Virus record (IMG/VR): IMGVR_UViG_3300033388_002987
Coordinates: 53,955 to 117,954 of that record
DNA length: 64,000 nucleotides
DNA from: a virus
Reading direction: 5' to 3' (one strand)
The translations under genes and the position numbers were made by a program. Shown here piece by piece: positions 28,485-38,808 of this stretch. The notes under the pieces are model-generated. The model did not search any database. It was not told where the DNA came from and saw nothing but the letters and a program-made list of their open reading frames with translations. How positions within the stretch are numbered: position 1 is the first letter of the stretch; every line of letters starts with the position of its first letter.

Positions 28485-31400
28485 CTAGCTACCTAATAAA
28501 TAAGTAGTAGGTATCTCGTGCCCTGATGGGCTTACTACTTCCCACATTCGTTCAAATACTTTGAACGGATTATAAGTATTAAGTCCTTTATCAAAGAAAC
28601 TTGCATCAAGTACATCTGCAGTATCACCAGTAACGAACTGTTGGAAAGCAATATCAGCACCTACTCTAGCAGGATTCTCTTTAACAAATTTAGCAACTAC
28701 TTTTTGAATTCTCACAAAGTACTTCACAAAAAACCATGTACCCATAGCATCCCCATATCTAATATGCTTCTCTAAAGGAGCTTCGTAGTTTACGTAATTA
28801 TCAATAGCATTACGCATAGCCTTAGCTCTAATCTTTACATTAACATCTTCAGGTATCTTATCTCTTACCTTCTCAGCTGCTTCGCTAGCTGATAATCCTT
28901 TATTAGCATACTTATTAACTTCCGATGCCAGCTTTTCAGTAGCATACTTCGTTTGTTGTGCATCAATTTCATTGTAATACTGAGCATACCTAAAATAGAA
29001 GTCACTCACTTGAGTGGCTTTTAATAACATATGATAAGGCTTAGTCTTCTGTGTTAAGAACAAGTGCTGAGCAATACTATTTAATGTTTCATTAGGTATT
29101 ACTTTATTACCAATTTCTTGTAACCAATTAGTAACTTTATTATTCTCATTAGCTGTACTAACATCCTCAACTATAGACTGATACAGCCCAGCATCCATCA
29201 ATGGTGCTACTGTATTATTAGCTACGCTCGCTGTAAGCTCACGTATTCTAGCGTCTACATCTCTAGCTCCACCCTTTTTAGCTCTTATTAAATTACCCAA
29301 CTCTCTCTTATCAAGCTCATATGCCTTTAACTCTTTAGCTGCTGTTAGCATTAGCTTAAGCCCTTTAACCGGATGCACTCCAACATATAAAAGTATCTTA
29401 AAGTTTGACCATACATTACCAAGCAGTACTTCAGGTGTCTTAATAACAATATTACCTTTAGCAATTTGCATTGTATCTTGCCATACACTTTCTATATGTC
29501 TTAGTTTCTTTTTATACTTTAATGGAAGGTTATCAAATACTTTAGCTTGTGATAAACTCCAGTCATCTTCTCCAAAAGCAATAGTTAATAATTTCTTATT
29601 AATAATAATCTTATCACTACCAAACTTCTTCGAAGCATAAGCTCTGGTTGCCTTAGGTAATCTAGCCCATAATTCTTCATAACCATTCTTAGGTGTTTTG
29701 ATATCTATATCATAATCATCACCAGTTAAATCACTGCCTTCTATTGTAATAAACTCTTTCTTACTTTTTTCATTGTAGTTATTTTCATAATCATCAAATA
29801 ATATATCAATAGTACTTTCATTATGTCTGGTAGTAGCATCTGCAGTACCCATTGTACCCCATGACTTAGCTAGGTTTTCGGTTCCTCTAGTTTCCATGTC
29901 TAAGAATTGCTTCTTATCAGTTATACTCATAGTAACTCTAAAATCAACCACTTCGCCTTGACTATTATAAATTGGGCTCATACCAAGAGAGTTTCTATCA
30001 GCCTTAAATTGTGCTAATGTAGCTTTAAATAATGTATTAAACTTTGCTCTCTTCTTAATTTTATCCCATTCTTTCACATCAGCGTCAGACTCTGCATGAA
30101 TAATATCCATTAAACTAAGGCCTCTAGATTTCTTATCTTGTAGTCCTAGTGCTCCATTAGCTCTCTTGACAGCAGGTTCACCTGTCTTAAACATACCATA
30201 GTTACGTAAGTTGCCAGGTAAATCTTTTACCTCTTTTAATAATACATACCCTTGCGCTTCAAGGTTAGCTTTCTGGCTCATAGGATGAAACTCAAGTACA
30301 TTATCAGACTTATAAGTTTCTTTGACATAACCCTTAATACGCTTATGCAAGTTACTTCTCATTTCTTCAGTTGATGCTACTTGTAGCCCAATAGATGAGT
30401 CAATAAACCCATTAACGCCTTTCATAACTTGCTTAGTATAAGCATCACGACTTAACGGCTTATCTAATGTAAGTTTATACCTCTCTTTAGCCTTACCCCA
30501 TAACGTTTGAGAGTAATCTATATAACTCTCTCCTGTCATAAAGTCTCTTAAGGTGTTTTTAGCACTATCTGCTGTAGCATCTAAGGCCTTATAGCTAATA
30601 AGTTGGTCTATTTGCTTAATAGTCTCGTCAGTTGCAGATTTTATAGCACCACCAAACCCATCAGCTATATTAGCTGCATTAGTAGCAGTCCCTACACCAG
30701 TTACCATATAAGCCACTTGTGACTCTATATCTGCTAACTGCTGTGGTGATAGCCCTTGGCTTAGCTCATCTATCTTAGTTTGTACCTTACTAGAATCCTT
30801 TAGAAGCTCTAGGAGCTCTTCAGCAGTTAACCCTAGGCTTTGTATGTCTGTACGTAGAACAACGTCTGTAAGTGACTCGTTGTTACCTAGATTAAGTATA
30901 TCATTATTGATACCAATTCCTTCGAACCAATCTTTATCAGATTGTGCTAACACGTCTTCATACGTCTTCTCACGCATCTCATCAACTGCCTTAGTAAGTT
31001 TTAATATAGCATCAGCTAATTGATTGTAAGCCCCCTTCTGTGTTAGAAAGTCTCTACCTATACTTCTAATCATTCCTTGCTCTAATAACCCTACAGCCTC
31101 AAACATAGCGTTAGTAGTCTTAGCATATGACTCTGCTACGGCTCTACTAGCCTTCGCACCCTTAGTCAGCTGATTCATCTTATACACAGTAGGCATTGCT
31201 AATATAATCCTCAGCATGTTATTCATAATGTCATAAACATCTTTAGATAATACTACTGCAAAGTTTCCTGTATTAGTCTTATCATTAGCCTTACCTATTA
31301 GCTTATCCATTTTTTTCTTTAGACTAACAAACTCAGTAAGGTCTTCAGTACTTAGTACACCATTACCTTTAGACTCAATAGTCTCATCCAGTGCTCCTCC

Positions 31401-32783
31401 TAGAGTAATCAATGGCTTAGTAATTTGACGTAGGCTTTTATTAGACATCTCTATAACCTCTTGAGCCTTCTCCATACCTTTATTAATAGTTTCCATAGTC
31501 TGACTACCAGCAACCTTCTCAGTAGCCTGGTAGTTAGCTCGCATAAGCTTGAATACAAGGTCAGCACCTTCAGTAGTAACATCTCCACTACCTTTACGCT
31601 TAGCAAATCCCACTATTCTCTCTATTATATTAAGTAACATCTTACGTAACTTATCAATGACAGTATCACTATCTTTAACAGTATTAGTAGTAACGGCATT
31701 AATGTCTCTCATACCCTCTCTAAACATAGCATTAGTTGTAATAGCAGCCATGAACTCATGCAGTCCATTACCATGAGTGTCGTTGAATATATAATCCCAC
31801 TTATCTTGTGCTTGCTTCTTCTGGTACTCAGTATAAACAACTCCATCATTGATACCTGGTAACAATGTCTCCCAAGTAGACTCTTTAGTAGCCTTAGCAT
31901 ATAAGTCTTTTAGATCTCTCTTGAACGCAATAATATCAACGTCTTTAGCTATGTTTTTACTATTACTCATAACAAAGTCCATAACAGCATGTATTGACTC
32001 ATGCACATACACTTCCTGATTCGTCATTGAAAAATTATTTCTAAACTCAGCTGCAGGCCCATGTAAATCAAGTCTTACTTCAAGGCTGTCATTATTAGGG
32101 TCGTAATGCCCTTGTGCCTCAATCACACTATCCAGTGTACTCCTCTTAAGAGTTACATCTTTATCTTTAAAATCATTAACCATATTTCTAATAGTATTCA
32201 ATGTAGTAGTAAGTAAGTTACTATGTGCCTCATTAAAGTTTTCACCCATATTAGCTTTATCAAGCTCTATGAATGCTTCATTAAGCTTAACAGTCTTATC
32301 AACACTACCATCAGTATCAATATAATACTCTTCAAACTCAAGGTGTGATATAGGCTCTGTAACACCTCTACTTCCAATAGTTATACGTCTAGTAAGCTTT
32401 ACAAGACTCTCACCCTTAGCATTTCGATAGCCATGGGCTATCTCTGCATTAAGTAATTTAGCAAAGTTATCATTACTCTTATTATTATTGAATTGGTCAG
32501 TAAGTAGCTGTACTTCTTTACTTACTTCGATATAAGGTTGCTTATCTTTAGTAAGTGGAATAGCTTGACTGGCATTAGCTCTAATAGAGGCCGTCATGTC
32601 TTTAGCATCAAACACTTCCTGCTCTGATAAGTCTTTAGCTCTGTCTACTACTTGCTCAGCTAGCTCGTAGGCCTTAACTTTAATAGCCGGGCCACCGAGG
32701 TCCGGGCTTGTCTTCTTTAACTCTACTATTGCTCTCTTAGCAATATCATCTACCATTAGCTGCCTTGCTCTACACTTTGCCAT
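28485..32783 (-). CDS. large ejection protein, part 3 of the split virion RNAP locus (N4 gp50 C-terminal-like), with zincin motif
   Basis: 1432 aa; HESIH...HEFMA zincin-like motif; AAGGA RBS; single Cys at residue 4. Confidence 0.7.
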   Translation of the reverse strand: MAKCRARQLMVDDIAKRAIVELKKTSPDLGGPAIKVKAYELAEQVVDRAKDLSEQEVFDAKDMTASIRANASQAIPLTKDKQPYIEVSKEVQLLTDQFNNNKSNDNFAKLLNAEIAHGYRNAKGESLVKLTRRITIGSRGVTEPISHLEFEEYYIDTDGSVDKTVKLNEAFIELDKANMGENFNEAHSNLLTTTLNTIRNMVNDFKDKDVTLKRSTLDSVIEAQGHYDPNNDSLEVRLDLHGPAAEFRNNFSMTNQEVYVHESIHAVMDFVMSNSKNIAKDVDIIAFKRDLKDLYAKATKESTWETLLPGINDGVVYTEYQKKQAQDKWDYIFNDTHGNGLHEFMAAITTNAMFREGMRDINAVTTNTVKDSDTVIDKLRKMLLNIIERIVGFAKRKGSGDVTTEGADLVFKLMRANYQATEKVAGSQTMETINKGMEKAQEVIEMSNKSLRQITKPLITLGGALDETIESKGNGVLSTEDLTEFVSLKKKMDKLIGKANDKTNTGNFAVVLSKDVYDIMNNMLRIILAMPTVYKMNQLTKGAKASRAVAESYAKTTNAMFEAVGLLEQGMIRSIGRDFLTQKGAYNQLADAILKLTKAVDEMREKTYEDVLAQSDKDWFEGIGINNDILNLGNNESLTDVVLRTDIQSLGLTAEELLELLKDSSKVQTKIDELSQGLSPQQLADIESQVAYMVTGVGTATNAANIADGFGGAIKSATDETIKQIDQLISYKALDATADSAKNTLRDFMTGESYIDYSQTLWGKAKERYKLTLDKPLSRDAYTKQVMKGVNGFIDSSIGLQVASTEEMRSNLHKRIKGYVKETYKSDNVLEFHPMSQKANLEAQGYVLLKEVKDLPGNLRNYGMFKTGEPAVKRANGALGLQDKKSRGLSLMDIIHAESDADVKEWDKIKKRAKFNTLFKATLAQFKADRNSLGMSPIYNSQGEVVDFRVTMSITDKKQFLDMETRGTENLAKSWGTMGTADATTRHNESTIDILFDDYENNYNEKSKKEFITIEGSDLTGDDYDIDIKTPKNGYEELWARLPKATRAYASKKFGSDKIIINKKLLTIAFGEDDWSLSQAKVFDNLPLKYKKKLRHIESVWQDTMQIAKGNIVIKTPEVLLGNVWSNFKILLYVGVHPVKGLKLMLTAAKELKAYELDKRELGNLIRAKKGGARDVDARIRELTASVANNTVAPLMDAGLYQSIVEDVSTANENNKVTNWLQEIGNKVIPNETLNSIAQHLFLTQKTKPYHMLLKATQVSDFYFRYAQYYNEIDAQQTKYATEKLASEVNKYANKGLSASEAAEKVRDKIPEDVNVKIRAKAMRNAIDNYVNYEAPLEKHIRYGDAMGTWFFVKYFVRIQKVVAKFVKENPARVGADIAFQQFVTGDTADVLDASFFDKGLNTYNPFKVFERMWEVVSPSGHEIPTTYLLGS

Positions 32784-32791
32784 TGGGTTCC

Positions 32792-35700
32792 TTACTTACA
32801 GTTTTTTATTTTATTAGTTGTTCTAGCCACTTCCCCAGCTATGAACTTATGACTAAACACGTCTGACGCTATGTCACCACTAACAACCTCTCTAACTTTA
32901 TTGCCTTCAGCAATAGCTACATCCTTATCACTAACTGCTTCTAGTCTTACTTTAGGTAACGTAGGCCCATTCATCCAAGATTTTTTAAGTCTCTCAGTCC
33001 ATACAATTCTAGGACCAGTGCCTGTTAATGCCTTTGCGTTGACTTGCTTAATCTCTTTAACATCTTTCTTAACCTGCTCTTGCTCTAAAACCATCGCAGT
33101 AAATGAGTCTACTAAGTAATCATGCATAGTACCTTTACGTTTACCTTGCATTCCTAACATAGTTAGTACAGTATCTATTAACACATCAAGTGCGTTAGTA
33201 AAGTATTCTTTAGGATTAGCAGGTTTTATACTGGCTAGCATTTTAATAACTTTAGGGTTGCTCATACCTTCTGCTAAGAATTCTTCCTTACTCTGCATCC
33301 ATAGTGCATCCATATCTGGGTCTGGTAACATATTAAATACTTCCCAGAATAAATCTTCAACTCTTTTAGTTAACTTGTCTTCAGGGTGTGCCTGCATATA
33401 CGCAACAGACCCAGCGTGTACTAACTCATGAAATCTAACGTACTCAGCATCTTGCTCATTAATGTATTTACTTATAATCTTATAATTTTCATCTGTTAGC
33501 TCTTTAACATCAGCTACTTCTTTTGTTGTTGACGTTGGTTTCAAGTCTTTACTATAATGGCTACTAAGTGCCTCTTTTACAACTTCACCATTAAGGTCTC
33601 CAAGTACTATAGTATTAGTATCCTTAGTGTATTGTCCTAGTATAATCTTACCTAAGTACCCTTCTGTAAACTGTCTAGTAATAAACTCAGGGTCTTCTAC
33701 TATACGTGTTCCCATTACATCCATTATCTTAGCTGAGTACATATCACTCATTTGCTTGTACTGGCCATATGCTGCAGAGTGGAAAGGGTTCCCTTTTCTA
33801 GCTAGGTCAACTGGTGATATATGAAAGTTAGTTATGTCAGATCCTTTATTATCCGACAGTATACCAGAATCCATAGCATTGTCAATTGGTGATACAAACT
33901 CGTTAGGGTATGACTCCGTTGATGACCCTACCACTGGTCTAGGTATAGTAGTCTTTTCCTTAAGCTTAACGTTAGGCTCTTGCCTAGTGTAAGTCTCTCC
34001 CACTCTATCATAATGTGCACCTTCGTAAGCTGCATGCTCAAATCTTATATCCTCATTTAGCAACTCAGTTCTAGCTGTCTCTGACTCATCATGCAGTTTA
34101 ACTAAATCTTGTTGTATACTCTCTACAGTACTAGCTTTATCTTTATCTGATGTACTTTCCTTAACATACTCAGCGTCAACAGCTTTAATGTCTTCTTTAC
34201 TAGCAGCATTAATACTGCTGTTAACACTATTTAATATCTCAGTAACCATACTATACTTAGTAGATACTTGTGCCGTACCTTTATTATATAATTTAGTCCC
34301 TTCAGTAACTTTATCAATAGCAAGTACATTAGCATCATGCACACCAAGCCCCTCAACCTCACTTAATACTAATGACTGTATAGAACCATCTATAAAGTGA
34401 ATTGGCACAACAGCACCAGATGCAAATGATTCAACCATCTTGTATCTCTTAGCTTGCCCACTTAATCTCTTATTATCTGCAAGTCTTACATTAGCTTGGC
34501 CAGACTCTTTAACCCCTTTGAGCAAGTCATAGTTAACTGCCTCGTTACCAAATATCATCATCTTACTTTTAGCATCACCTAATACAGTCTTAATTGCAGG
34601 CAGTGACTCTTCTAACGTCCCAATTATCTCATTAATCTCTGAGTCTTTCAAATGTCTACCAAGTTCTTTTTGTTTATTATCTACAGCTTTATCAAGCTTC
34701 TGTTTAAACAGTCTAAACATCATAGTAAATGAGTTATTTATCTTACGCCCAGCCTCTATATAATCTCCGTATGTCTCAGTAAACGTTTCTTCTAAAGCAG
34801 TACCAACACTAGCTTTAATATTATTACGTATATTATCAGCAAGTACCTCTGGTATTGTATACTTCTTACGTTGAGCTTCTGACATTTCTTGTACTTTCTT
34901 AGCCTCATTTAATGCTAACTGTATAGTAGCTTTACTACCATCTGCAGCTACCCATCCATCTTTAGTATTTTTCATACTGACACCGGAGTCTTTAATTATA
35001 GCTATTACTTGAGCTACATCTTGAGTACTTGAAATATTAGTATATAAACTCTCAATAGCATCATCAGCTATCGTACTTATAATCTTAGGTAGTCCAGAAC
35101 CATAATTAAATACCATAAACGGGTTCTTCATAAAGTTTCTACTAATAGTTTTTATAGCCTCATCTACACCAGTACTTAACGCTAACTCGGTAGCTCTCTT
35201 GTTGGCACGTACGTACCAACTACGTCTATCACCCTTAGGTAGGTTATCCTCAATAGTTTTGGCAATCTTAGGCAGCTTACGCGTCATTACCTCAGCAGGT
35301 GTATTATACGCATCAGTATAGCCGGCTTGCTCAGCCTGTCTACCATAACTAGTATTCTCATTAAAATCAAAGAATACTCCGCCTTTAGCTAGGAAGTTCT
35401 TAACATCTTTAATAATAGGCATTTGCAATATCTTAAGTATAAACCCTGACGTAACTGCATCTGTCTCAATAGGTAACTTAGACTCAAAACCAACTAATGT
35501 TTTATTCTTAGCTTCGTATTTATTAGTAGCTCTTAGCTCGGCAAGCCCACCTATAGTGTGCTCTATATCATGTGACCAGCCATTATCTTGCACCTCTATA
35601 AGTATCTCTAAGTCAGTTTTACCATCAGTAATCATCTTATCAAGTTTGGTCTTAAGTTCACTCCATTCTTTAAGTGCGTTAGCCTTTGACTTCTTATCTA

Positions 35701-38620
35701 TATCAACACCAAACGCCATAGCTAACGCTAACCTATGATCATCCATAAGCTCTTCTGTCACAGTAGCAGCCTCTATAGTAATAGCAAACCTATGTAGCTT
35801 CTTACCTTGAGGATTAAATGTATTAGAGTCTAATATGAATCTACCATTCTTAACAAATTTGTAAGGGAAGTACATCTCTGTCACACCAGACTCCTGCATC
35901 TGCTTGTGCCAATCTTCTAAGAAATCCATATCACTTTCTATAGCAAAGTTCTTACCATTAACACTTGGCTTAATAAGGTCATGTACTGTATTAGGGTCAA
36001 CCCATCCTAGTAACACTCTTAACTGTTGTTTACCTTCTTCAGTCTTTGTCATCTCAAAGTAAGAGTCCATATAACCATCAGTCCATTCCCAGCTAGTAGC
36101 CTCTTGCTTATTAACTGCTTCTACAGTCTTAGTAGCTGTATCATAATGCTTACCAATATCTGAGGAGTTACGTACAGTACGCTCTCTCAACGGTGCAGTA
36201 GTAGAAGGATATCTCATAGAAGTCTCTGTACCAAGTACTTTATTAGCATATCTACTACCAATACTTAACAGTTTATTCTTTCTAGGATTATCAAACCAAT
36301 CGTTAGCACCAGTAAACTTAAAGTGGCCAACACTCACATCAACACCTTCTTGCTCACCAAATATCTCCGATGATTTCTTAACACCTGTCTCTATTAACTT
36401 ATTATCTTCCATAGCAGCAAGTGCAGTAAGTCCTAACTCAGTTTTGAACTTAGCTTCCGTAACTTCTCTATTCTCACCTTCAACATCTTTAATCTTAAGC
36501 CCAAGGTTCTTATATATAATACTACCAATACTATTAGCGGCTGTTGATGTTAATCCATCAATATCCCCAACTCTTTCACGCTCTTCTTTAGTTAAAGAAT
36601 CCTCTACATTCTTACCAAGTAATCTATTTATATCTTCATCAGTCCTTTTACTTGCTCTTAAACTTCCATAGTTAACCATCCAATCATTGATAGCTAATGC
36701 CATTGCAGTAATAACTTCCTTAGGAAGTGTATAGTTACCAGGCTCTCCTTGTAATAGTAACCTCGTAAGAGATTGGTATGCTTCGGACGGTGTATTACTT
36801 GTAACATCTAAGTCAGATATCCATCTTTGATCAAGTCCTTGTTTAACGAATCTTCTTATGTACTTCTCAGTAGTATTAGTAAGCTTCTTAGCACCATCTA
36901 AATACTTAGCTTCTAAACCTTCTCCAACAGTTTGTTTTATAGCTTCAAAACCTTCTCCAAATATATTAGCAACAACATTTAAGTTATTGTATACCTTCTT
37001 AACAGTAAAGAAATCTGAAAGTCTTACAGCTTCAGCATCTTTCTTAAACCTTCTAGCAGGCTTATTTGCTAATAGTCTATCACCAATAGTACCTTCAAGA
37101 CCTAACTCAGAAAGTACCTTATCAGCTCTCTTCTCAAGCTTAATAATTTCTTTACTAGTTTTAATTCGCTCAGTAATAGTCTCGGTAGCTTTTGCATCTT
37201 CTAACCATTTAATATCTTCACGGATAGCAGCTAACTCTTTATTAAGCTCTGCAGTATTTATTGTTGTAGTTATAGGCTCTTTTACCTTAACTTCAGTTAC
37301 TTCCTCAACAGGTGCTTGTGCTTCAGCATCTAGACGCTCTGCTTCAGCTATATCGTCAGCACTATAGTCTTCGTACTTCTCTATACCATCCTTAGTCTTA
37401 GTAATAAAAGCTTCGTCTCTAGCTTTATCCTGAGCATCTTCAGTACCACCAATATCCGCATTATCTTTAGTAGCAGCTTTTACTTTCTCTACTTGAGTAT
37501 TAGGCTTACCTAATCTGTACTTATACGTCTTACCATTTTTAAGTTCAGCTCTTACTTCGTCTAGGAACTTAGTAACTTCAGCTCTTTTCTTAGCAGTCCA
37601 TGGCTTAAGCTCAGCGTGCTCTTTAGCTAATTTATTAACTTTATTTTTAACGGCAACCTTTAACTTAGAAGTATCTATACTAAAAGTATCTTTAAACTTT
37701 GATTCTTTTTTAGGTTTAGTTTTTTCAGGAGTAGTAGTATCTTTTTCTGAAATTTCAGCAACCTTTGGTGCCTGCTCGTCCAACATCTTTAAATTAGCAT
37801 CTAATAGAACATCAAATAGATTATTGAGCTCTTCACCTTTAAATCCTAATATCTGTAATACATTATTAAGAACAACTTCATACATATTACTAAGTCTACT
37901 AATTGGCTTACCAGGAACTACACTCATAAGTTCTTTCATAAATTCTGGGTTTGATAACGCCTCTGCCAGAAACTCATCAACATTAGTTTCCCAATATGTG
38001 CTCTTAAACTTTAACTTATCTTTATTAGTAAGTAGGTAAGTGTAAATATCCTCTATACGCTTAGTAGCTGGCTCGTTTGGGTTAGAGCTCATGTACTCTA
38101 TAGCACCTGCGTGTACAAGCTCATGCAGCAGAAAGTGTGTCCCTCTAGCCTCTTTAATCTGGTTAAATACGTTTTCTACTTCAGCATCCAGCCTACGAGT
38201 CATATCCTCTTCAGTCTGTAACGTACCAACGCCGTCTAGTGTTCCATCAGTAACTTGCTTATAGAAGTCAATAGCTATCTGCTTCTTAACATCCACATCA
38301 ACTACACTAGCAACTTCAACGCCTTTACCAACACTAAATCTGGCAGGGCTAAATTGCTTAATACCAGTACGTATTTGGCCTAAAGTATATGCAACGCTGT
38401 CTGTGAACTTAACCCCAGTAACATCTCTTATAAGACTACCAAAGCCCTCACTAAACTCTTGTAAGCTAGTATCACTAGCAGACTTCCCTGCAGTTTTTAC
38501 TACAAGCTTACCAAACAGTTTTTCAGCTACTTTAGCGTTATTAAGTATTCTTTCAATCTTCACCCTAGCAGCGGGTGTGCCTTGTAGTAGTGCAATAGCC
38601 TCTTTTAGTTGACAAGCCAC
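32792..38620 (-). CDS. N4-like virion RNA polymerase (single-subunit, T7 superfamily) catalytic chain flanked by two zincin-like domains
   Basis: NGRF (T/DxxGR-like), motif A ETDAVTSG, motif B RNFMKNPFMVFNYGSG (RxxxKx7YG), motif C GVHDAN; HELVH...EFLAE occurs twice. Confidence 0.88.
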   Translation of the reverse strand: MACQLKEAIALLQGTPAARVKIERILNNAKVAEKLFGKLVVKTAGKSASDTSLQEFSEGFGSLIRDVTGVKFTDSVAYTLGQIRTGIKQFSPARFSVGKGVEVASVVDVDVKKQIAIDFYKQVTDGTLDGVGTLQTEEDMTRRLDAEVENVFNQIKEARGTHFLLHELVHAGAIEYMSSNPNEPATKRIEDIYTYLLTNKDKLKFKSTYWETNVDEFLAEALSNPEFMKELMSVVPGKPISRLSNMYEVVLNNVLQILGFKGEELNNLFDVLLDANLKMLDEQAPKVAEISEKDTTTPEKTKPKKESKFKDTFSIDTSKLKVAVKNKVNKLAKEHAELKPWTAKKRAEVTKFLDEVRAELKNGKTYKYRLGKPNTQVEKVKAATKDNADIGGTEDAQDKARDEAFITKTKDGIEKYEDYSADDIAEAERLDAEAQAPVEEVTEVKVKEPITTTINTAELNKELAAIREDIKWLEDAKATETITERIKTSKEIIKLEKRADKVLSELGLEGTIGDRLLANKPARRFKKDAEAVRLSDFFTVKKVYNNLNVVANIFGEGFEAIKQTVGEGLEAKYLDGAKKLTNTTEKYIRRFVKQGLDQRWISDLDVTSNTPSEAYQSLTRLLLQGEPGNYTLPKEVITAMALAINDWMVNYGSLRASKRTDEDINRLLGKNVEDSLTKEERERVGDIDGLTSTAANSIGSIIYKNLGLKIKDVEGENREVTEAKFKTELGLTALAAMEDNKLIETGVKKSSEIFGEQEGVDVSVGHFKFTGANDWFDNPRKNKLLSIGSRYANKVLGTETSMRYPSTTAPLRERTVRNSSDIGKHYDTATKTVEAVNKQEATSWEWTDGYMDSYFEMTKTEEGKQQLRVLLGWVDPNTVHDLIKPSVNGKNFAIESDMDFLEDWHKQMQESGVTEMYFPYKFVKNGRFILDSNTFNPQGKKLHRFAITIEAATVTEELMDDHRLALAMAFGVDIDKKSKANALKEWSELKTKLDKMITDGKTDLEILIEVQDNGWSHDIEHTIGGLAELRATNKYEAKNKTLVGFESKLPIETDAVTSGFILKILQMPIIKDVKNFLAKGGVFFDFNENTSYGRQAEQAGYTDAYNTPAEVMTRKLPKIAKTIEDNLPKGDRRSWYVRANKRATELALSTGVDEAIKTISRNFMKNPFMVFNYGSGLPKIISTIADDAIESLYTNISSTQDVAQVIAIIKDSGVSMKNTKDGWVAADGSKATIQLALNEAKKVQEMSEAQRKKYTIPEVLADNIRNNIKASVGTALEETFTETYGDYIEAGRKINNSFTMMFRLFKQKLDKAVDNKQKELGRHLKDSEINEIIGTLEESLPAIKTVLGDAKSKMMIFGNEAVNYDLLKGVKESGQANVRLADNKRLSGQAKRYKMVESFASGAVVPIHFIDGSIQSLVLSEVEGLGVHDANVLAIDKVTEGTKLYNKGTAQVSTKYSMVTEILNSVNSSINAASKEDIKAVDAEYVKESTSDKDKASTVESIQQDLVKLHDESETARTELLNEDIRFEHAAYEGAHYDRVGETYTRQEPNVKLKEKTTIPRPVVGSSTESYPNEFVSPIDNAMDSGILSDNKGSDITNFHISPVDLARKGNPFHSAAYGQYKQMSDMYSAKIMDVMGTRIVEDPEFITRQFTEGYLGKIILGQYTKDTNTIVLGDLNGEVVKEALSSHYSKDLKPTSTTKEVADVKELTDENYKIISKYINEQDAEYVRFHELVHAGSVAYMQAHPEDKLTKRVEDLFWEVFNMLPDPDMDALWMQSKEEFLAEGMSNPKVIKMLASIKPANPKEYFTNALDVLIDTVLTMLGMQGKRKGTMHDYLVDSFTAMVLEQEQVKKDVKEIKQVNAKALTGTGPRIVWTERLKKSWMNGPTLPKVRLEAVSDKDVAIAEGNKVREVVSGDIASDVFSHKFIAGEVARTTNKIKNCK

Positions 38621-38808
38621 TACGAGTTACCTAACAACTTAGACAGCTCTTTCTCTGCAAGTGCTTTGATAATAGAATTGACAGGTTGTTGGACACTATC
38701 ATAGGTACGGCTAGTTCCATTGTGATGCTCTTTAACTATCAATACTCTCTCTTCCAGAGGAAGAGAAGGTGAAACATATAAGTACCCAGGATTTTCTATA
38801 AATGTCAT
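38620..38808 (-). CDS. 62-aa protein wedged within the vRNAP locus
   Basis: TAATG overlap with the upstream gene, TAGTG overlap with the downstream gene; AAGGA RBS. Confidence 0.6.
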   Translation of the reverse strand: MTFIENPGYLYVSPSLPLEERVLIVKEHHNGTSRTYDSVQQPVNSIIKALAEKELSKLLGNS

